DNA of 64,000 bases from Chiloscyllium plagiosum. Taxonomy: Eukaryota. The notes under the pieces were generated by a model. That model did no database searches. It worked only from the letters and a program-made list of their open reading frames with translations, and was not told the DNA's origin. Shown here in pieces: positions 52,231 to 64,000 of this stretch (positions within the stretch are counted from its first letter, which is position 1; each line of letters begins with the position of its first letter). Where the stretch lies: the NCBI RefSeq assembly GCF_004010195.1, contig NC_057758.1, positions 8,583,011-8,647,010 on the forward strand, read 5' to 3'. A program made the position numbers and the translations under genes.

Positions 52231-54348
52231 CAAGATACAGCACATTTATTTTTATGTCTTTTACAGTGTCTGTCTCTCAAGCATAAGTAATTTATTTTTT
52301 TGCGTTCTTCAAATAAAAATAAAATACTAAGCGCTTATTAGAATTTGGAGTGAGTTTATTTTATTGCCTGATTTTTCGGTTACTCACATTAAATAATAGT
52401 CACACCAGAGCTTGGTAAGGACTTCACTCCAGTTTTCATTACATAAGGTAATATTTAACATGTCAGGTCATGCTTGTGTTTAATATTTAACGTACTTACC
52501 AAACTGCATTATTTCCAAGTTAATCCTTTCTGCCAGAGTCTGGAAAGAAAGTCGTTATCCTGCTTAATGAATCAAGTAGCTTAATTCGAAATGGTCTTGA
52601 ATCCAAAATATTCAAGACATTCGAAATGGTCTTGAATCCAAAATAAAACATTTCTTCCGAATTCCTCTCTGTTGGAAATAAATGAAAAATAGTGGATTAC
52701 CTCTTTTTTTGATACTGTTATTTTATATGTCGAGTGATTACGATGCACAAATGTACTTTCGATTCTTGGTGGACCATTGAATCTACTCGTATTTGGCGCA
52801 ATTTTTGCTGTCTGCAATCTGAGTGCATTGATCAACATCCTTTGAAAAAATATTTTATTCTGTCATACGAAAATGTTACACAGAGCAAGTTAAGTTCAGA
52901 TGCATCGTGCAAGCGATTTGATGTTTCTTTTCCACTGGTGCAAGCATTCATTCTGTAATATATCTGTTGCTACATAGAATGTCGTTGCACAACATGACGG
53001 TGAGAATAATCTTCCAATGATTTAGGCAAGATGTGTTATTTTATATCTACGGTTGTTTTTATACAGCATCTAGCATTTACCTTAATCTTTATCCACGTTT
53101 AATAGTAGGCTGTGCGTATAAAATGGTCTAACCATAAAGATGCAGTTTGTTTTTATTTTCATTCACTATGACTTTCTGTCCCTGAGTGCTTCTGCTGTCA
53201 ATAAGGTGCAGACGACATTCCTGAAGAATATTGAGTAGGCACGCAGAGTAAATATCATATCGTCTGTGTAATGGAGAGTAAGAAGTAATGAAAGTTAATT
53301 CTCTTCAGAGAATTAATTGGTAAACGTAGCCACGTGACACCAACATGAGCCTTGGAGAAAGTCTCTGACTTTAGACCCTTTCAGACTTAAAACAATGTAT
53401 TAAATGCAATCATATTCCTATTCACCACCATCTCTGTTTTCCTCCTTGTGTTAAATTGCATTCAACAATTTTCCTCTGCGTGTAAAAGAGAATAAAACGA
53501 AATGTGCAGCAACGTTGATTTCTTCAGCAAGAACTTTGGTCCATCGCTATTTAGTTTTGGTTCTTTCCTTTCCTGCCAAATCAAAACTTCTCAGAAAGTA
53601 CACTTCCCATAAATAAGATCAGAGAATGATTGTTTCAATAAATCATGGAAACCATGTGATATTCAGTCTACCGCAGTAATTTTCATTTATGCACTATCCT
53701 GTTTCTTCCAGTTGAATATTTTTAGTTTTGTTGACTAAAGCGTTTTACACTTCTGCACTTATACCCAGTTCCATAATGCTTTTTATATGCTTTTATCCCA
53801 ACTTTTTGTCTATCACTTCTAAAATTGTTTGAGAACATGTGATGAGCATAAATGTTGACCAGTGGACTGACAGATTCTGGTCAGTGTCATAACCGGTACA
53901 GAACCTAACCATTGTGTTTCTTCTTACCTGTACTTCTTCAATATTATTCCTCATTGTATCACGTCCTGTGAAATTATGTGCATTTGGCAATGCAGCTTAT
54001 GTTCAAAGCCTGTATTTCACATTTTTCTGTCCATTTATACTCTCGTTGGTTCCCAGCGTCTACCCCTACATGAGAACCCTTAGTCATAAGATTATTTTTA
54101 CTTCAAAAATGACCAAAATCTGGGAAACAGACTTGTAAAACAATAAGTGCTGACATATTTCCTCCAAAAAATCAAGTAATGATAGAAGTTAATGACTTAT
54201 CTTATTCAATTCAGTTGTAGAGTACATCATGGAATCATAGTTCTGATTATTCTGTAGCGATTGTTGGTTTTTGTAATCATATTCAATTGATGCTTTCTTT
54301 GTGGCAGCAGTCAAAATTAATGGCAACGTTCTGCGATATTTATTTCAG

Positions 54349-55110
54349 TTACCATAATGGCCATCATAATTCTGTATCGCGGAAATTGTGGCCTCTCTAA
54401 ATGCATCACGTTCTACTTGTTGGTAATGTCAGCAGCAGATCGAACACTGGTCATTTTCAATGTCCCACTGAAAAGGATTAACAATATTCATTTTCCAGTT
54501 ACATTTCTGTACATCACTCCTCTGTTTGTAGTTAGAATTGTTCTGTTTCTTATGACCATGGACTGTTCTATTTGGTTCACGGTTGCTTCGACATTTGATC
54601 GTTTTATAGTCATTTGTTGTCAGAAACTGAAGTCAAGATACTGCAACATGAGAATGCTGACATCGGTTATTGGAGCTGTGAGTGTTGTCAACTGTTTAAG
54701 CTCAATTCCCTGGTACTTCGTATTTGTCCCTGCTTTTGTTACTAATAATGTTCCATGATTTTGTATCTTAGCACCAGGACATTATACTGCATTCGTCTGG
54801 ACAATCTATGAGTAGATGCATAGTATTATTACACCTTTGCTTCCAATTATATTGATTCTTGTGTTCAACGTTCTCACTGTCAGGAATGTAATAGTCACCA
54901 TTAGAGTCGGCCTGCGTCTTCAGGACCATAAAAAAAGACGGTAGAATCGATCCTGAAAATGTAACCCGTAGAAAATCCTTAATTTTGCTCTTCATTTTAT
55001 CTGCTAATTTCATATTGTTGTGGATGACAAATATAGCACATTCTTTGGCTGGCAAAATGTTATTGTAGCTATGAAGACAAGACATGTAATCATCCAATGC
55101 AGACTCGATG
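54349..55110 (+). pseudogene. GPR139-like GPCR pseudogene C (exon 2 homologue, TM7 missing)
   Basis: tatttcag acceptor, phase 1; IIILYRGNCGLSKCITFYLLVMSAAD...DCSIWFTVASTFDRFIVICCQKLK; stops TGA 54756 and TAG 54813; frameshift before DPENVTRRKSLILLFILSANFILLWMT. Confidence 0.9.
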
Positions 55111-57554
55111 GGTCGAAACACTTCTTCTAATCCGGGTAGTTTTACGATGCTACATCAGTGTGCACACTTTTGGAAAGGGTAATTTATGTGATGGTTATGT
55201 TGTATTACTCTCCAAATTGTTTTCAATTGGTTCATTCTGTGACAGCATTCTTTAAATTTAACTCTCTGACTCTCATTGGTTTGTGATTCCCCACTGTAAT
55301 GGAAAATTAACAAAATTAACATTTACTCTGAAATCTGAAAGAGAATGCTTTTCTGAATTACATGCTTTGCTGAATCTTGCAGTCGAGGATACACCTTGGC
55401 TTTACTGAACTTTGCAAATATTCAACCTGATCCTGCGAACAGTCGAATTCAGCAAAAAGGCTAAGGAAAACAGAAAGACAGTAAGAAATTATATACACAG
55501 CAAGAGGATGGGCAAATAAGAGCTCGAATGTTTCCCAGCTCTTGGCCTTGACCGTGTAATAAGAATAGTATAAAAAGGATATGTGACATTTGTTCAGGGC
55601 CCTTACACAAGGCGTTTCTGTCAAGTATATTAGTCCCCTGCATGCAGAGGTTAAAAATAAAGGTTTTTCTCTGCTGTTGCTCGCAGTTGAGTCGAGTCAG
55701 TTTAATTTCGACAACATCACCAAATATCACCCTTTCGTTAAGCTCTTGGATAACACTAAGAGCACATCTTTTTTGCGAGTGGTGTACTTTCTCAGATGAA
55801 AATCGTTTGAAACGTCATCAGGTATTTTACTGATCCTCCAGAATTGCGCAGTGTTGCCGTGTTCCTCTATGAATTTCTACATCTGACGTTTTCTGCGCAG
55901 CAGCTGGCAGGTTACCATAACCAACATGAGCTGGAACCCTGAAACTAACTGCTGACAGTTTATTTTCTGCTCACCAAAATTTAATTGACGAGACTGAATT
56001 GCGATTCTTCAAAACAAAAACCTTCAAACTCTGGCTCCAGGATCTTAGAGTGAGTGCAGCCTGAACATTTGGAACACGAAGTGCAGACGAAGATGTAATA
56101 GACACTGTGCTGAGCATGGTATCTGATGCGGAAAAATATGTTGCTGGAAAAGCGCAGCAGGTCAGGCAGCATCTAGTGTACAGGTTTACTTGGTTAAGTC
56201 TCTGGTTTCTGAAACATTAATGGGTCAGTGAACAAATAAGTGGTCCGAACATTTTGAGTCTTTGAGTCATCCAAAACAGAGAAAAACAAACTCATTCAAT
56301 CTAACCAAGCATGTTCCGAAACTAAACTAGTCTCATCTGCCTCCGCATGGCCCATATCCATTCAAACCTTTCTTACTCATGTATTAATCCAAATGTTATT
56401 TTAAACTTGGCAAGTTAATTGGCATCCATCGCTTCATCCAGACCTTCATTCTACACAGGAAGCTCTCCCATTGTAATACATGCTGTTCATCGCGTTGTTT
56501 TTAAATCTTGCTCTTCTCATGTCAAAAACGTTCAATACTATACTTGAACTCTTGAAAAGTGGATGAGTAGCCTGTGATTTCCAGGTGCAAGCTACTTGAT
56601 CTGGTCACATCAATTAGCTGCTTGAGCTGGTGATATGAATGAGTTCGGCAAGTGAGTATTTGTGTATTGTACATCGGCGTTTACCTGATTGAACGATTGA
56701 AATGTATAGTTATTGGAGGATCTGACTGATTCTGAGTAATTGGAGAGTGAAATGACATGCTGTATGTGTAGTATCTCTGTGTAGGTAGGTCTAGTTAGCC
56801 TTGAAAACTAGTCATTGTGATAGATGTCTGTGGTCTGCTGAAGTCAAAGAGTCAGCCGCACTATCAGGGTAATTGGACATTGCAGCTTTTCCGAGGAACA
56901 CGTTGCAATTTAGCGTCATTGAGTAATCGAGTATTAATTCGTTCTCTTAGTGTAGCATTCATGACAGGTAGATGAGATTTCAATTATCAATCTCGCAGAA
57001 CATCAATCAGGTAGGTTGTCGTTTGCATTTCAGTGTAGTTCTCTCAGCAAAAACAATTTTGCAAATCCGATATTGACGTGTGCAATGTTTCCAAGGTAGA
57101 ACTGCAATTACACCTTATGCATTGACAGTAAGTCCATAATGGGCATTTCTGGAAAATATAGGCTCACTGTTCCTTCACGGACAATCTAATCTATTACGAG
57201 AGGTTTGGCTTCTTTTCAGGTGTTGACATGTTGTTCAAATTTTCATTGTACTCACTCTTTCCAAAGTTGATTCTGAAGTTATCAACATTTCTTTGCAACT
57301 GACGACACGACAGGTGATAATAAACAGATATCATCGAAGACTGGAGATGGCAACTAATTTGGCTCACTAAGTGAAAGCTAAAAAGTGACCTGGCAGACAT
57401 CTTCTTGCTTCGAAAATGTGTTAATTATTCGATTAGATATTGCAAGATTTCGTGACATGTCAAAATCTACAGGAATAGACGTTCTTCCTGTTTTCTCGAT
57501 AATGTGACTAATATTGCTATGCATTAATTGCTCGTCCAATCAATGTACATCGGC

Positions 57555-58455
57555 GAAAGTGAGGACTGCAGGTGCTGGAGATTAGAGTCAAGTGTGTGGT
57601 GATGGAAAAGCACAACAGGTCAGGTAGCATCGCAGGAGCAGAAAAATCGACGTTTCGGGCAAACGGCCTTCAGCCCTTCATGCGAGTGGGAGCGTCGGGG
57701 ATGTAGAGATAAATGAGAGGGGGCAAGTTATCTGAGAGTGCAATAGCTGGACGGAGGTGGGAGTACAGGTGATAGGTCGAAGGTAATGGTGGAGTGGATA
57801 GTTGCAAAGGAAGATTGACAGATGGGAGAGCTCATGAGGGCGGTGCTGAGCTGGAAGGTTGTAACTGAGATAAGGTGGGGGAGGGAAAGTGAGGAAACTG
57901 GTGAAATCCACATTGATGCCATGGGGCTGGAAGGTCCCACGGTGGAAGATGAGGCTTATTTCCTCCAGACTTCTCGTGGTATGGAGTGGCGATGCCCTTG
58001 GTGGAGTGGGAAGGGGAGTTCAAGTGTTCGGCCACGGGACAGTGGTTGGTAGGTGTGGATTTCCACAAGATGCTCTCTGAAGCGTTCTCCGAGTAGGCAT
58101 CCTATCTCCTCAATGTCTAGCAGACCGCATGGGAAGCAACTGACACAGTACATGATATGTGTGCAAGTGCAGGTGAAGCATTGATGGATATGAAAGGCAA
58201 CTTCTGGGCCTTGGACGGACTCGAGTGGGACGGTGTGGGCGCAGGCTGTGCGATTCCTGCGGTGGCGGGGAAGGTGCTGGGCATGGAGCGTGGCGTAGTC
58301 CTGATATCGTAGTTGTAGGGAATCGTCTTTCCAGAAAGTGGATGGGGTAGGGAGGGAAATATGTCTCTGGTGGTGCAGTCCATTCGTAGGTGGCTGAAAT
58401 GGCGGAGGATGATGCGATGATATATGGATGTTGGTTGGGAGACTATATAGGATCA
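57555..58455 (-). mobile_element. Penelope-like element, GIY-YIG endonuclease region plus terminus
   Basis: FTCTCTHIMYCVSCFPCGLLDIEEIGCLLGERFREHL and CPVAEHLNSPSH. Confidence 0.85.
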
Positions 58456-59109
58456 ATCCTATTATAAGAAATATTAATATGTCATCACGAGTATCGAAAA
58501 ACGGAGCAGTTGGGTAAATACCACAAAACTAATTGCCATTCGACAGAACAAACATCCCTCAGCTAACTAGAGAAAAGTTGGCTCTCACAGTCATCAATGA
58601 CAAAGTCATAAGAATAGACGGGGGAAACTGGATTCCAGACTGATTGACAGAGGTAACAAGGAATGTTCCAGAGGACATGTAACCTAGTGGTAATTTTGAG
58701 AAAATAAATGTTGTTCTTTTTTTGGTATATGGGTGGGATTTTTTTTATTGGAGTAGCATACCATTCCAAAATTATTTTATCAGGGAATACTTAGCAGTTC
58801 GATGCTTTGTTTATACTTTAGTTAATTCTGTCACTGATGCAGTTAGATAACCAGATTGTTTTTTCCTTTATTATCAATTGAGAGTAATGGATTTATTTTA
58901 TGTAATCACTTGCAATTAAAATATTCCATTTTGACAAAACCTTTTACAGGTTCTCTTTGAGTACTTTTGCGTTATTTGTCAGAGGGAGAGGTGTCAACCT
59001 CTAATTGATAATAAAACCTTCCTCGAGAAATATTTACTTCTCTCAAAAAACTGAATCGCTTGAAAGAAACATCGCGGATGTACCGTGACATAGTTATGAA
59101 ATGACAATA

Positions 59110-63040
<3,931 letters not shown>

Positions 63041-63074
63041 AAAATTTTGTAGCGTTATGGACCCATAGCGTCAG

Positions 63075-63900
63075 GGCGTAATACAATTTTACAGCGTGGA
63101 GACAGGGCCTTCTGTTCAAACTGCTCCATGCTGACAAAAATGTCCCTTCTCAGTAACCCCATTTCCCTGCACATGGCTCATATGTTTCTAAACCGCTCCG
63201 AGTGACGTATTTATCCAATGTCTTTTAAACCTTCTTAATGAAGCTACCTCAAACACTTCCACATGCTGCTCAGACCATATGCGTCTCACCACCTATATAA
63301 AAAGCTACTGCAAACATTTCCTTTTATTCTGGTCTTCCTGCCCTTAATACTGTCTTGTTCTCCGTTCCCCAATCTTGGCAAAGAAGACTGAGTGCATTAA
63401 TCGACCCATGCCTCTGACAAGATCATGGAGACATCGAGATGTATAGCACAGGAACAGATCATTCGATCAACTCGTCATGTCGACCAGACATCCTCACCTA
63501 ATCCTAACCCATTTGCCAGGAGTTGGAAGATATCCCTCTAAACTCCTCCTAATCATTTACCAATCCAGATGACTTTTAAATATGGACAACCCTTATCAAC
63601 ACATCTTGTCACTTGATCAAAGAACGCTAAAAACTTTGTTAGGCATGACCTCTCACGCATAAAGCCCTACTGAGTACTCCTAATCAATAATTTTCTTTAC
63701 AAATGCATGTGCATATTATTGCTCAGATTCTTTTCTAGTGGCTTGTCTGCCACAAATGTTAAGCTTACGGGCTATATTTCCCAAATTTTTTTTGCAGCCT
63801 TTTTTTTGAATAAGGGCACAACAGACTTCTCGAATCTCATCTTTGACTAAAGGTGTTGCAAAAATATCAGGCAGTGACCCCAGGTGTTTTTTTTTCTTTC
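63075..63900 (-). mobile_element. Stacked CR1 fragments (two 3' tails and one RT piece)
   Basis: acagcgtggagacagggccttc and tatagcacaggaacagatcattcg reversed tails; ttaggcatgacctc...aaagcc RT motif. Confidence 0.6.
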
Positions 63901-64000
63901 GCTTCTTTCAGTGAGTTTTCTACATGGCTAGAATTCCATCATATCAGGCAACATTCCGAAAATCTTTTCTGTAACCACTCCAAAGTACATACTCACACAG

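Overview
Repeat-rich vertebrate genomic DNA, almost certainly from a shark or ray (HE1-type and Deu-domain SINEs, CR1/HER1 LINEs, Penelope elements), with three assembly gaps. Its genic content is a cluster of divergent two-exon class A GPCR genes of the GPR139/GPR142-like type on the + strand. (A) A complete 324-aa receptor (exon 1 35655-35724, exon 2 36758-37662) whose splice acceptor and first 485 bp of exon 2 are tandemly duplicated, so the proximal acceptor gives a truncated product. (B) An orphan first exon (20879-21167) encoding an N-terminus built from x-D-x-N-[LVI]-x-x heptad repeats. (C) A truncated pseudogene (54349-~55110). The first 27 kb holds three diverged copies of one segment: two form a ~5.9-kb-arm inverted repeat around a gap and each carries a 220-bp hairpin, and the third is a partial direct copy. 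At least seven short (35-485 bp) head-to-tail duplications are scattered through the window. All family assignments come from motif recognition by eye; no search was run.
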